Below are positions 1 to 10,342 of a DNA stretch of 64,000 nt, piece by piece. Location: assembly GCA_050506795.1 (NCBI GenBank), contig JBJHCF010000023.1, positions 17,898-81,897 on the forward strand. Direction: 5' to 3'. Source of the stretch: Opitutia bacterium (lineage in GTDB: Bacteria > Verrucomicrobiota > Verrucomicrobiia > Opitutales > T3Sed10-336). Each line of letters begins with the position of its first letter. The first letter of the stretch is position 1. The position numbers were made by a program, and so were the translations under genes. The notes under the pieces are model-generated. The model was given only the letters and a program-made list of their open reading frames with translations. It made no database searches and was not told where the DNA came from.

Positions 1-2
1 GC

Positions 3-2099
3 GCTTACGCATCCGATCCTTCCGGGGCCATCATTCTGTCCGAGGGGGTTTTCCTTCGCTCCAACGTTGAAACGGCCTACGGGCCCGTCCGTGGCACTGA
101 CGGCGGGTTTTTCCGGTTCAATCCGCAACGCCGTCACTTGGAGCGTCACGCACAGTTGTCCATCCCCAACCCCTGGGGCACCGCGTTCGACGACTGGGGC
201 CAGCCCTTTTTTCTTCACACCTCCGGCCCGCCTTTGGAGTGGATGACACCGGGATCAATCCGGCCGCAATACGGTTCCGCCTCCCCCGGCAGCCGAAATC
301 TCATCGAACCGGCTCATCAGGTCCGGCCTCCTTCCGGCCTCGAGTTTCTCAGCAGCCGCCACTTTCCCGACGAGGTCCAGGGAGACATCATGCTCAATAA
401 CACCATCGGATTCCTCGGTACTAAACAGCACCAAATGATGGAAGATGAAACCGGCTATACCACGCGATTTCGCCAGGACCTCATGGACTCCAGCGACAGC
501 AACTTCCGTCCGGTCGATATGGAAATCGCTCCCGACGGCTCGCTCTACGTCGTCGATTGGCACAATCCGCTCATCGGGCACATGCAACACAACGCCCGGG
601 ATCCCAACCGCGATCACGCCCACGGCCGGATCTATCGGATCACCTACCCGGGCCGCCCGCTGCTCGACCCGCCGCCGATTCACGACGCGGATATCGAACA
701 GTTGCTCGACAACCTGAAGCTCCACGAGTACCGCGCCCGCGAACGCAGCCGCCGCGAATTGCGTGGACGAGACCCCGAGCAGGTTCTCGCGGCGCTGACC
801 CACTGGGTTGCGAATCTCGACGCAAACGACCCCAACCACGAGCACCACCTGCTTGAAGCTCTCTGGGTGACCTGGGGACTCAATCGCATCGATCAGCCGC
901 TGCTTCGGCGCGTTCTCGCATCCGATGACCACCGCGCCCGCGCCGCCGCCGTCCGGGTCCTTCGTTATGCCGGCCACCAGGTTTCCGATCAGGTTGAACT
1001 GCTCATGCAGGCGGCGACCGATTCGCACGGCCGCGTGCAGCTCGAAGCGATCGTCGCCGCATCCTGGCTGGATCGCGCCGATGGCCTCGCCGTTCTCGAA
1101 ACGGCCGCCCCGGTGACGCCCGAAAACGCACAGTCCGACTACGTCGAGGTTAGCACCGACGGCGGTCTCATTCATATCCGCCCTCCCGAGACCGCCGGCA
1201 ACATTACCGGCTTCACCATAACCCTGCCGGGCGAAAACCGCACCATCAATCTGGCCGAGATGGAAATCCACTCCAACGGCAGGGATGTAGCATCACAGGC
1301 CAACCTGTCGCAGTCTTCTGAATACAACCATGGGCAATTTCCGATCGACAACCTGGTCGATGGCAATCGGAACAATTTCTCCCACACCGCATTTGAGAAC
1401 GATCCGTGGATCCGGGCCACCTTCGATTCGCCGCTCACAATCGAGGAAATCCGAATCTGGAACCGCAGGGGCTACGAAGATCGGTTTGACGGCGCCCAGA
1501 TCGTTTTTATCGCCGGAGATGAGGAACGGGCTTCGGTTGAAGTCAACATCGGCGCCAACCGGGCGTTCGCGAACGACTCGTGGATCGACCCGGTCTACCG
1601 GACGGTGCTCGCTCGACTGAATGAGCAACCCACAGAGGAGGAAGAAGGCGCCGTCGCGGTTCCCGGCCACCTCGCCGCCGACGAGTTTTTGAGCGAACTT
1701 TACGTCACCGGGCAGGAAATCTATTCCAGGGCCGGACATTGCGCCACCTGCCACCAGCCGGACGGACGCGGCCTGCCCATGGCCGGGTTCCCACCGCTTG
1801 ACGGCACCCGCTGGGTCACTCAAAACGACGAACGCCTAATCAAACTCACCCTCAAAGGGATGCATGGGCCGATGGAAGTCAAAGGCGTGCACTACCCCGG
1901 CCAAGTTCCCATGACCGGTTTCGAAACTCTTCTCAACGACCACGAAATCGCCGCCGTACTCACCTACATTCGCAACGCGTTCGGCAATGAAGCCCCGCCC
2001 ATCTTCCCCGAACAGGTCGAACATGTCCGCGAAGCGACCCGGGATCACACCGGGTTCTACGCACCCGAAGAACTGCTCAGAATGCACCCGCACGAGTGA
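3..2099 (+). CDS. PVC-type haem-binding (CxxCH) membrane-bound dehydrogenase-like protein: beta-propeller, HEAT repeats, discoidin/F5-8-like insert, C-terminal cytochrome c; 5'-truncated by the window edge
   Basis: Frame is open from base 3 into ORF 138..2099. Motifs: FRPVDMEIAPDGSLYVVDWHN..HMQHNARDPNRDHAHGRIYR, HEAT-like RARAAAVRVLRY, discoidin-like NLVDGN..SHT..PW..IRIWNR, haem-c CATCH with a distal Met (VPMTGF). Confidence 0.85.
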   Translation, partial: AYASDPSGAIILSEGVFLRSNVETAYGPVRGTDGGFFRFNPQRRHLERHAQLSIPNPWGTAFDDWGQPFFLHTSGPPLEWMTPGSIRPQYGSASPGSRNLIEPAHQVRPPSGLEFLSSRHFPDEVQGDIMLNNTIGFLGTKQHQMMEDETGYTTRFRQDLMDSSDSNFRPVDMEIAPDGSLYVVDWHNPLIGHMQHNARDPNRDHAHGRIYRITYPGRPLLDPPPIHDADIEQLLDNLKLHEYRARERSRRELRGRDPEQVLAALTHWVANLDANDPNHEHHLLEALWVTWGLNRIDQPLLRRVLASDDHRARAAAVRVLRYAGHQVSDQVELLMQAATDSHGRVQLEAIVAASWLDRADGLAVLETAAPVTPENAQSDYVEVSTDGGLIHIRPPETAGNITGFTITLPGENRTINLAEMEIHSNGRDVASQANLSQSSEYNHGQFPIDNLVDGNRNNFSHTAFENDPWIRATFDSPLTIEEIRIWNRRGYEDRFDGAQIVFIAGDEERASVEVNIGANRAFANDSWIDPVYRTVLARLNEQPTEEEEGAVAVPGHLAADEFLSELYVTGQEIYSRAGHCATCHQPDGRGLPMAGFPPLDGTRWVTQNDERLIKLTLKGMHGPMEVKGVHYPGQVPMTGFETLLNDHEIAAVLTYIRNAFGNEAPPIFPEQVEHVREATRDHTGFYAPEELLRMHPHE

Positions 2100-2208
2100 T
2101 GCATTCCGCCGATTGACGGCACCGAGCCCGACCATCCGGATCTCGGTTTGCGTCGATGTTCGTTTTTTGTCTCGCTTTGCCGATGTACTCAAACTGATAG
2201 TCTAATTA

Positions 2209-2459
2209 GAATGGCACGGTTAAGGCCGTTGACCGAAGGAGCGTTGTCCAATTATGGTAAGTTTACCAAAAATCACGCCCGGTTTTAAAACTGTGAAGGT
2301 TCTCACACGGAGCCACGCCCTCGACGAGCTCAGGCCGGTGAGAGCTCACGGAGGTGGGTCCTGTAAAAACCTCCGTGACTTTGTGCCTCCGTGTGAGCCC
2401 AATCGCCGTTGTATTTTTTGCTTCATCAAACGATGAACCGCCTTAACCGAGTTACATTC
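2209..2459. mobile_element. IS4-like MITE, type B (REP-palindrome core), degenerate copy
   Basis: Ends GAATGGCAC--GGTTAAGGC and GCCTTAACCGAGTTACATTC form an imperfect inverted repeat; the interior is nearly identical to 56377..56637. Confidence 0.8.
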
Positions 2460-2510
2460 CGAAAAAGGCCTTGTATATCCTCAAATGCAAAACACCCAAA
2501 GGTATAGACT

Positions 2511-3440
2511 ATGAGATCATTCACACTCTTTCTCTGTGTTTTTCTTGTCGCGTTCCAGCTTTCTTCCAAGGCTGATCCTTCGTCGGATGCAAAAATCAAC
2601 GTCTTGATTGTCGATGGATTCAGCAACCACAACTGGCAACTGAACACGGCCCTTATAAAAGGGATACTCGAACCCACCAATCGATTCGACATCGACGTTT
2701 CCACCGCGCCTCCTCGAAGGGATTCTCCGGGCTGGGATGACTGGAGACCGAGATTCTCCGATTACGACGTCATTATACAGACGTGCAACGACATCGGTGG
2801 CGGTCCCTCCTGGCCCGAAGAGGTCCGGGACGACTTCGAGAAGTATGTCCGAGACGGCGGAGGCGTTTTTGTGTATCACTCCGGAAACAACGCCTTTCCC
2901 GATTGGGATGCCTACAACCGTATCATCGGATTGGGGTGGCGCTCCGTGCATCAGGGAATCGCGCTCGCGATCGATGACGACGAAAACATCGTGCGAATTC
3001 CCATTGGCGAGGGGCGCAATACCGGGCACGGTCCGCGCGTGGACGCGGTGATCACGCGGCTGGGGGACCACCCGATCTACGCCGGTCTTCCCCGGCAATG
3101 GAAAACGCCGGATATCGAGGTCTATTTTTATCCCCGCGGCCCGGCCGAGAACGTTGAGGTGCTTTCCTATACCCACGACGAACAAACGGATATGCGGTGG
3201 CCGATCGAGTGGACAGTGGCTTACGGGGAGGGCCGGGTTTACACGGCCACCTACGGCCATGTGTGGCATGATGACGTTCAACCCGAACGGATGCGTTGCG
3301 CGGGGGTGCAGACATTGATGGTCCGCGCCCTGATCTGGCTCGCCGGGCATGAGATCGACCTGCCGGTTCCGGATGATTTTCCAACCGCGAACACCGTTTC
3401 GGTCCGCGGCGAAATTCCGCTTTCCGGGGATGGGCATTGA
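2511..3440 (+). CDS. Secreted ThuA (trehalose-utilisation)-like domain protein
   Basis: Signal peptide; VLIVDGFSNHNW, YVRDGGGVFVYH and WTVAYGEGRVYTATYGH are typical ThuA/class I glutamine-amidotransferase-fold motifs. Confidence 0.8.
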   Translation: MRSFTLFLCVFLVAFQLSSKADPSSDAKINVLIVDGFSNHNWQLNTALIKGILEPTNRFDIDVSTAPPRRDSPGWDDWRPRFSDYDVIIQTCNDIGGGPSWPEEVRDDFEKYVRDGGGVFVYHSGNNAFPDWDAYNRIIGLGWRSVHQGIALAIDDDENIVRIPIGEGRNTGHGPRVDAVITRLGDHPIYAGLPRQWKTPDIEVYFYPRGPAENVEVLSYTHDEQTDMRWPIEWTVAYGEGRVYTATYGHVWHDDVQPERMRCAGVQTLMVRALIWLAGHEIDLPVPDDFPTANTVSVRGEIPLSGDGH

Positions 3441-3606
3441 CCGGCTCGCGATACTGCCGTGTTAGGTGAGTTGTTTTATGCCTCCCCTGAAACACAAGAC
3501 GACTGACCCTAAAAGGAACGGGCCTATTCGTTTCTCTCGGGGAAGATACACCGCGCTTTAATAGTCACCTTGAGTTTTTAAACGAATCGATGCAGCCTGA
3601 TCTTCA

Positions 3607-6330
3607 ATGGCAGGGCAATCCATCAGGCATTTCATCTACGCGGCGGCATTGGCCATCGGGCTGATGACCTCAACCCCCGCGGCCGCGGCCGAACCCGAGC
3701 CGGTCCGGATCGAAATCGAAGCCGCCATGATCGGACTGATGTTCGAGCCGAGGTCCTTCGCCGTAAAACCGGGGCAGGAAGTCGAACTGGTCCTTCGCAA
3801 CGCCTCCAACGGCATGGCCCACAATCTTCTGATCGTGCGACCGGACACGGTGGATGAAGTGGCCGCCATGGCGCTCGACCTCGGGGCTGACGGTCCGGAG
3901 GCGGAATGGGTGCCGGATACGGAAAACGTCCTGCACCACACCTCGGTTGTGCCGCCCGGCGAAGAGGAGACCCTCCGCTTTTTCGCTCCGGAAGTCGAAG
4001 GCACCTACCCCTTTGTCTGCACGATCCCCGGTCACGCGCAAACAATGCGCGGGACCATGCATGTCACCGAGGATGCGGAACCGGCGGTCACGGCATCCGA
4101 TTCCGCCCCCGCCGACCGCGGAAAACCGGACGAGGCCGTGCGTTATGAAAATATGGATACGGGCCCCTTTTACTCCGGGGTGATGGAAATTCCCGGGGGA
4201 AGCGTTCTGGACAAGGGATTGGCGATCCGCGTCGGGGAGGAGCGTCAGGCGACGATTCACTTCGATACCGACCTTCTGCGCATGAGCGCCGGCTGGACCG
4301 GGGACTTTCTCGAGTTTCACACGGAACACGATGCCGGCACCCGCAACGATCCGCCCCCGTCGGCGGCGGGAACGATTCGTTTCACCTCTTCGGCCACCAC
4401 CGGTTGGGTCGAAGGTACCGAGCGATTCCGCGACCCTCGTCCCCGTCCATTCGGGCCTATGCCCGAAGGGCACGGCCGCTACGAGGGACTTTACCTGCAC
4501 GGGCATCGGACCGTTCTCGCCTACACGGTCCAAAACACCACGATTTACGAATCCCCCTGGTTCAGGGAAACCGGCGAAACCGGAGCGTTTACGCGCGACC
4601 TGCTGATTGAGGAACACGACCGGGCGCTTTCGTTCCTGCTCTTTGACGGGGCGGAGTCCGGCATGACGGTGGAAAGCCACAACGGTTTGCGCATAGTTCG
4701 TGCGGAAGCCGACGACCGGCTGCTGATCGCGGCGCTGCGGCCCGATTCGGGAGCGGTATTGGAGGCGTCGAACGGCCGGGTGATCGTGCGTGTCGCGCCC
4801 AACGACAATCCCGTCACCCTGCGCCTCTGGATCTGGGAAGGTCAAACCGACGAGCTGGACGCCTTTATCAATCTGGCAACCCGCTATCCCGAACCGGACA
4901 ATCTTGGCGCGTTGAAAGACCCCGGTCCCGCCCGCTGGGGGGATCCGATCGTCACCACCGGCCACCGGGGACACGGTGACGGCCCTTATTTGATCGATTC
5001 GATCCGCGGGCCTCGCGAAAACCCCTACAATGCCGTCCTGCATTTTTCGGGGATCGACTTCACCGAAGACGGCCGGGCGGCGTTGACCACCATGCACGGC
5101 GACGTTTGGCTGGTGGATGGAATCGACGACGCGCTGGAGGAGATCACCTGGACCCGCTTCGCCACGGGATTGAACAATCCGTTCGGGCTTCGCGTGCTGG
5201 GTGACGAGATTTACGTCGCCACCGAAGACGAGCTCACCGTTCTGCGCGACCGCAACGGCGACGGCGAAGCTGATTTCTACGGAAATCTCCACAATTTGAT
5301 CGCACCGGGCGCGGGCGCCTGGCGACAGGCCTTCGGGCTGGAAATCGACGATGAAGGAGCCTTTTACTTCGCGCGGGGCCGCGGCCGCTGGGGTTCCCCA
5401 TACACCAACGGAATCATTCGTGTTTCGCCGGATGGCGACTCCATGGAAGTCATCGCCACCGGGTTCCGCCAACCGTGGGCGATCGGCCTGAGTCCTGACG
5501 GGAACGTCACGGTGTCCCAGCAGGAAGGCCCCTGGGTCCCCCAGACTCCCGTGCACATGATAGACACTGAATCGCGCCAAGGCGCCTTTTACGGATTTGA
5601 TCCCAACAACTTCCGCGCGGAAGACCCCTACCCCCGCGACCGCGGCTACGAACCTCCGATCGTTTGGCTGCCCCGGCACATCGACAACACCGGTTCAGGA
5701 CAGGTCTGGGTGGAGTCCGATGAGTGGGGTTTGCCAGCGGGAACCATGCTGCACCTTTCCGGCGCCTCCCGGGTGCTGCAGCTTTTTCACGAACAGGTCG
5801 ACGGAGACCGGCAGGGAGCCGTGGTTTCCCTTGGCCGTCTCAACATGTGGCGTCCGCGCATGGGACGCTTTCATCCCGGCGACGGCCAGCTCTACGTCAT
5901 CGGCCCCTTTCCCGAAGGCGCGCTGGAACGGGTTCGCCACACCGGCAGCCCGGCACACGTTCCCGTGGCCCTGCACGCGCATAAAAACGGGTTGCGGATA
6001 CGCTTCAATCACCCCGTCTCAGCGGCCGCCGCGGACCCGGCCAACTACCGGATTCGCCGCTGGAACTATGAATGGAGCCAGGCCTATGGCTCCGACTTCT
6101 TTTCCGTGGAAAACCCGGGCCAACGCGGGCAGGATCCGGTCGAAGTGACCACGGTGCTGCCGGTTGATTCGGATGAAAAGGGCCATCGCGAAATTTTCCT
6201 GGAGATCCCGGACATGCGTCCGGCCATGCAACTGCGCCTCAGCTATACGTTCGAAGCCGCCGACGGTACCTCGGTATCGGACGAAATCTATTCCACCATC
6301 CACGCTCTCCGTCCAGCCTGGCTCCCGTGA
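3607..6330 (+). CDS. Secreted azurin/plastocyanin-type blue-copper domain fused to a DUF6797-like and dehydrogenase-type beta-propeller region
   Basis: Signal peptide; type-1 copper ligands MAHNLLI and CTIPGHAQTM; FDTDLLRMSAGW and RFATGLNNPFGL..LRDRNGDGEAD propeller motifs. Confidence 0.75.
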   Translation: MAGQSIRHFIYAAALAIGLMTSTPAAAAEPEPVRIEIEAAMIGLMFEPRSFAVKPGQEVELVLRNASNGMAHNLLIVRPDTVDEVAAMALDLGADGPEAEWVPDTENVLHHTSVVPPGEEETLRFFAPEVEGTYPFVCTIPGHAQTMRGTMHVTEDAEPAVTASDSAPADRGKPDEAVRYENMDTGPFYSGVMEIPGGSVLDKGLAIRVGEERQATIHFDTDLLRMSAGWTGDFLEFHTEHDAGTRNDPPPSAAGTIRFTSSATTGWVEGTERFRDPRPRPFGPMPEGHGRYEGLYLHGHRTVLAYTVQNTTIYESPWFRETGETGAFTRDLLIEEHDRALSFLLFDGAESGMTVESHNGLRIVRAEADDRLLIAALRPDSGAVLEASNGRVIVRVAPNDNPVTLRLWIWEGQTDELDAFINLATRYPEPDNLGALKDPGPARWGDPIVTTGHRGHGDGPYLIDSIRGPRENPYNAVLHFSGIDFTEDGRAALTTMHGDVWLVDGIDDALEEITWTRFATGLNNPFGLRVLGDEIYVATEDELTVLRDRNGDGEADFYGNLHNLIAPGAGAWRQAFGLEIDDEGAFYFARGRGRWGSPYTNGIIRVSPDGDSMEVIATGFRQPWAIGLSPDGNVTVSQQEGPWVPQTPVHMIDTESRQGAFYGFDPNNFRAEDPYPRDRGYEPPIVWLPRHIDNTGSGQVWVESDEWGLPAGTMLHLSGASRVLQLFHEQVDGDRQGAVVSLGRLNMWRPRMGRFHPGDGQLYVIGPFPEGALERVRHTGSPAHVPVALHAHKNGLRIRFNHPVSAAAADPANYRIRRWNYEWSQAYGSDFFSVENPGQRGQDPVEVTTVLPVDSDEKGHREIFLEIPDMRPAMQLRLSYTFEAADGTSVSDEIYSTIHALRPAWLP

Positions 6331-6347
6331 GCACTCGATATTAGGGC

Positions 6348-6900
6348 GAATGGCACTCGGTTAAGGCGGTGGATCGAAGCAGCTTAGCTTAATCGCATCG
6401 GCCGTTTCCCTGGATGGCCATGCTCCCGCATGGCCGCCGGCTTGGGAGCGCGGGCATCCCGCCCGCACCGGCGGCGCGGGAGCCTGCACCTTACACGCTT
6501 CTGTTTTCGTCCCGGAGGGACGAGTGAGAATAGCCCGGCGTTTTAACGCCGGGTTTCTATTTGGAATTGAAATAGTCCCGAAGGGACGGCTGATTGGCGC
6601 TTTATCGCCGGGATCGCCCGAAAAATCGATTCAGTCGTCCCTTCGGGACTGGTCGCCGGGTCGTGAATCAACCCGGCGTTAAAACGCCGGGCTATTTCCA
6701 TATTGTCCCTTCGGGACAAGCTCGCCTTTCCTTCGCAAATTCGCCGATCGCCGCGTCCAATCTGCCGTATCGTTCGTCTGCTTGTCAGGGCGGAAATACG
6801 TGTAAGGTGCAGGCGGGAGCGCCGCCCTCCAGGAAGCAGAGGCGCGATTCCGATTTCGATTCGGTCTCTCAAACGATGAACCTGCTTAACCCTGCCATTC
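6348..6900. mobile_element. IS4-like MITE, type A, with perfect 10-bp target-site duplication; contains a nested MITE
   Basis: TIRs GAATGGCACTCGGTTAAGG ... CTTAACCCTGCCATTC; flanked by ATATTAGGGC at 6338-6347 and 6901-6910. Confidence 0.85.
6483..6813. mobile_element. Nested 331-bp MITE with 15-bp TIRs and 6-bp TSD, carrying REP-like palindromes
   Basis: CCTGCACCTTACACG (6483-6497) / CGTGTAAGGTGCAGG (6799-6813); CGGGAG duplicated at 6477-6482 and 6814-6819; the empty site is present in the copy at 55095-55272. The interior has GTCCC-N3-GGGAC and CCCGGCGTTTTAACGCCGGG hairpins. Confidence 0.85.
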
Positions 6901-7082
6901 ATATTAGGGCCGCAAGAGAATTCATAGAGTTACCAACGGTCGAAAAATAATTCCGCAATCTGATAGCATACATTCAACCCCCTGTTCCCGTGTGCGGGAA
7001 AGTCGTTTTGGCGTGCCAAGAGGTAGGATAGCAGGCATCTTTGGTGACCATCCTTCTCACGACAACAGTCCCGTTCCACACT

Positions 7083-9539
7083 ATGAAAAAGGCAGCAATT
7101 TCACTCGCAGCCTCCCTCCTGCTGGCGCACCTTTCACTCGGAGCAACCCCCGACGCCTCGAGGCTGATTATCCACGCCGGGCAACCATCGCACGAGATGA
7201 GCCCATTGATGTACGGGCTCTTCTTTGAAGACATCAATTTCGCCGCCGACGGCGGGCTCTACGCCGAGCTGATCTGGAATCGCTCGTTCGAGTTCACCGA
7301 CCGGCTTTTCAATTGGAGCAAGGTCGAGCGTAGCGGTTCCACCGTTGAAATCGAAGTCATGGATACCGAGCCGCTGAACCCAAATAATCCGCATTACCTC
7401 CGCGTTACCGTACCCGGGGAGACCGGAGCCGCGGGCATCGCCAACCCCGGCTTTGGCGGGATCGTGCTGGAACGGGGGAAGAATTACCAGTTCTCGGTCC
7501 ACGCCCGGGCGGCGAACGCCTATGATGGAAATCTTCTGGTTCGCCTGGAATCGGACGGCATTCTCCTTGGGGAGACCCGGATCGGCGAGATCACCTCCGG
7601 CTGGGAAAAATATGATGCAACCATTACCGCTCGCGGTGATTCAACAGAGGCCAGACTGGTCCTTCTCGTGGAAGGCCCCGGCGCTGTGGATCTCGACATG
7701 GTTTCGCTCTTTCCCGAACACACCTGGCGCAACCAGCCCAACGGACTCCGGGCGGACCTGGTGGAGACTCTCAACGCGATGGAACCGGCGTTTCTTCGCT
7801 TTCCGGGAGGCTGTATCGTCGAAGGAAGGACCCTGGAAAACGCCTATCGCTGGAAGGATACGATCGGAGATCCGGCCGAGAGGCGGCAAAATTGGAACCG
7901 GTGGGCCGACTGGAATCAACCGCCGCAATATTATCAGTCCTACGGACTGGGCTTTTTCGAGTATTTCCGGCTCGCCGCCGATCTTGGAGCGGAGCCGGTG
8001 CCCATCATTAATTGCGGAATGGCCTGTCAATACGAGAGCGGTCAGTTGGTTCCGCTCGATGAACTCGGACCGTGGATCCAGGATGCCCTCGATCTGATCG
8101 AGTTCGCCAATGGCCCGGCAGACAGCTACTGGGGAGCCAAGCGAGCGGAAATGGGACACCCGGAGCCGTTTGACATGAAATACATCGGTATCGGCAACGA
8201 GCAGTGGGGAGAAGAGTATTTCAGGCGTTACCAGCCGTTCTATGACGCGATCAGAGAGAAATATCCGGAAATCCAGATCATCTCCACCTCCGGCCCCTCA
8301 GCCGGCGGCCGTTGGTATGACCTCGCCTGGAATCGTTTCAACAACGGCCTCACCCCCGCCGATGTCGTGGATGAACACTTCTACATGAGCCCGACATGGT
8401 TTCTGCAGAACAACCACCGCTACGATTCCTTTGACCGCGATGGACCCGAGGTCTTTGTTGGCGAATACGCCGCCCATAATTCGGATCGCCGGAATGACCT
8501 TTGGGCGGCGCTCTCCGAGGCCGCCTTTTTGACCGGCCTTGAGCGGAACGGCGATATCGTCACCATGACCTCCTACGCCCCTCTGCTGGCAAAGATTGGT
8601 TCAACTCAATGGCAGCCGGACCTGATCTGGTTCGACAACACCCAGGTCTATGGATCTCCCTCTTATTACGTCCAGAAGCTCTTCAGTCTGCATAGAGGAA
8701 CCGGATACCTGGCGCACGACCTTCAGCTCGCCGAATCCGAGGATCGTGCTCCCGCGGGCCCGATCGGTCTCACCACCTGGCAAACCGACGCCGAGTTCCG
8801 AAACGTCACCGTCACCCGCAATGACGAAGTGCTTCTGTCGCCGGAGGAGTCCGACGACTGGAGAACCATCAACGGCGACTGGTCTTTCTCAAACGGCGTT
8901 CACCGTCAGAGGAACGCGTCCATCGCCGGCGCCACCCGAATCGCGGGGGATGCCGAGTGGGACAACTATACCGTGTCCCTCCAGGCGCGAAAGATCGGCG
9001 GCCAGGAGGGTTTCATTATTCAGTTCCGGGGGGATGAGACCGGACTCGGACTTCAGTGGAATCTCGGCGGATGGGGCAACTCGCGCCATGCGATCCAGGT
9101 AGCAGGAGAGGTGGTTACGGAAGTTCCAGGCCGTATTGAGCGCAACCGCTGGTATGACATCCGCGTGGAATTGGATGGAACCAGGGTTCGCTGCATTCTC
9201 GATGGAGAACTGGTTCATGAAATGGAAATCCCCGGACACGGATGGCCGCGCCTTTTTGCCTCAACGACAGTCGATGCAACGACCGACCGGATTGCTCTGA
9301 AAGTCGTCAATCCGACACCGACGGCAGAGCCGGTCGACATCGACCTCCGCGATGCCGACGGAATCTCTCGGACCGCCACAGTGACAACGCTCACCAGTGC
9401 CGGGCCCCGGGATGAAAATTCGCTGGAGAATCCTCGCAATGTCTCGCCTCGAACCACGATCATCGACAATGCGGCGCTGGAGTTCCGTCACACCTTCGAA
9501 CCCTACTCACTGACCGTGATCGTTCTGGAGAAGGACTAA
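7083..9539 (+). CDS. Alpha-L-arabinofuranosidase, GH51, secreted, with an inserted lectin-like (DUF1080/LamG-type) domain
   Basis: GLFFEDINFAADGGLYAEL, LRFPGGC, GIGNE (acid/base), VGEYA (nucleophile), SYAPL; start placed at MKKAA ahead of the signal peptide. Confidence 0.9.
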   Translation: MKKAAISLAASLLLAHLSLGATPDASRLIIHAGQPSHEMSPLMYGLFFEDINFAADGGLYAELIWNRSFEFTDRLFNWSKVERSGSTVEIEVMDTEPLNPNNPHYLRVTVPGETGAAGIANPGFGGIVLERGKNYQFSVHARAANAYDGNLLVRLESDGILLGETRIGEITSGWEKYDATITARGDSTEARLVLLVEGPGAVDLDMVSLFPEHTWRNQPNGLRADLVETLNAMEPAFLRFPGGCIVEGRTLENAYRWKDTIGDPAERRQNWNRWADWNQPPQYYQSYGLGFFEYFRLAADLGAEPVPIINCGMACQYESGQLVPLDELGPWIQDALDLIEFANGPADSYWGAKRAEMGHPEPFDMKYIGIGNEQWGEEYFRRYQPFYDAIREKYPEIQIISTSGPSAGGRWYDLAWNRFNNGLTPADVVDEHFYMSPTWFLQNNHRYDSFDRDGPEVFVGEYAAHNSDRRNDLWAALSEAAFLTGLERNGDIVTMTSYAPLLAKIGSTQWQPDLIWFDNTQVYGSPSYYVQKLFSLHRGTGYLAHDLQLAESEDRAPAGPIGLTTWQTDAEFRNVTVTRNDEVLLSPEESDDWRTINGDWSFSNGVHRQRNASIAGATRIAGDAEWDNYTVSLQARKIGGQEGFIIQFRGDETGLGLQWNLGGWGNSRHAIQVAGEVVTEVPGRIERNRWYDIRVELDGTRVRCILDGELVHEMEIPGHGWPRLFASTTVDATTDRIALKVVNPTPTAEPVDIDLRDADGISRTATVTTLTSAGPRDENSLENPRNVSPRTTIIDNAALEFRHTFEPYSLTVIVLEKD

Positions 9540-9543
9540 CGAG

Positions 9544-10103
9544 GAGTGCGGATCTCGTAGCGCCCTGCTTCAGCGGGGGAATTCCGGTGTCCGAACGGCA
9601 TGCAGGACCCGGGCCGGGGAGTCTAAAGCACGGAGCTACGGAGAGTGCGCATCTCGTAGCGCCCTGCTTCAGCGGGCGAATTCCGGTGTTCGAACGGCAT
9701 GCAGGACCCGGGCCGGGAAGTCTCCGGCTAAAGCACGGAGCTACGGAGAGTGCGGATCTCGTAGCGCCCTGCTTCAGCGGGCGAATTCCGGTGTTCGAAC
9801 GGCATGCAGGACCCGGGCCGGGGAGTCTCCGGCTAAAGCACGGAGCTACGGAGAGTGCGGATCTCGTAGCGCCCTGCTTCAGCGGGCGAATTCCGGTGTC
9901 CGAACGGCATGCAGGACCCGGGCCGGGGAGTCTCCGGCTAAAGCACGGAGCTACGGGGTGTGCGGATCTCGTAGCGCCCTGCTTCAGCGGGCGAATTCCG
10001 GTGTTCGAACGGCATGCAGGACCCGGGCCGGGAAGTCTCCGGCTAAAGCACGGAGCTACGGAGAGTGCGGATCTCGTAGCGCCCTGCTTCAGCGGGCGAA
10101 CCG
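9544..10103. repeat. Tandem array of 105-bp REP doublets (BIME/REPIN-like), 5 full units plus one arm
   Basis: CGTAGCGCCCTGCTTCAGCGGG starts at 9556, 9655, 9760, 9865, 9970 and 10075; in each full unit it is paired with the inverted arm (C)TAAAGCACGGAGCTACG; GTAG foot; lies between convergent genes. Confidence 0.9.
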
Positions 10104-10342
10104 CCGTGTCAGTACCCGATTTAAGATGCATTCTTAATGATCCATCCGGAATCTCCAGCCTGAGAACCTTGCTTACAAAACAAATATTTGGCCGTTTGTA
10201 GTACAGATGGGCACAGATCAAAATTTTCGCATTTATATCTGTGGTCATCTGAGCCATCTGTGGTCAAAAATTCCCTGACAGACCAAGGCCCGCATGACCG
10301 GGCAATATTCTTAACCGAACCCCATTTACTCTAGTCCCGCGA

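Noticed and set aside
9544..10103. CRISPR array
   Set aside because: Inter-repeat sequences are identical rather than unique spacers, the unit is 105 bp, and there are no cas genes.
9460..10257. Repeat-protein ORFs 9460..10257 (-) and 9587..10201 (+)
   Set aside because: Translations of the REP tandem; open only because the unit length is divisible by three.
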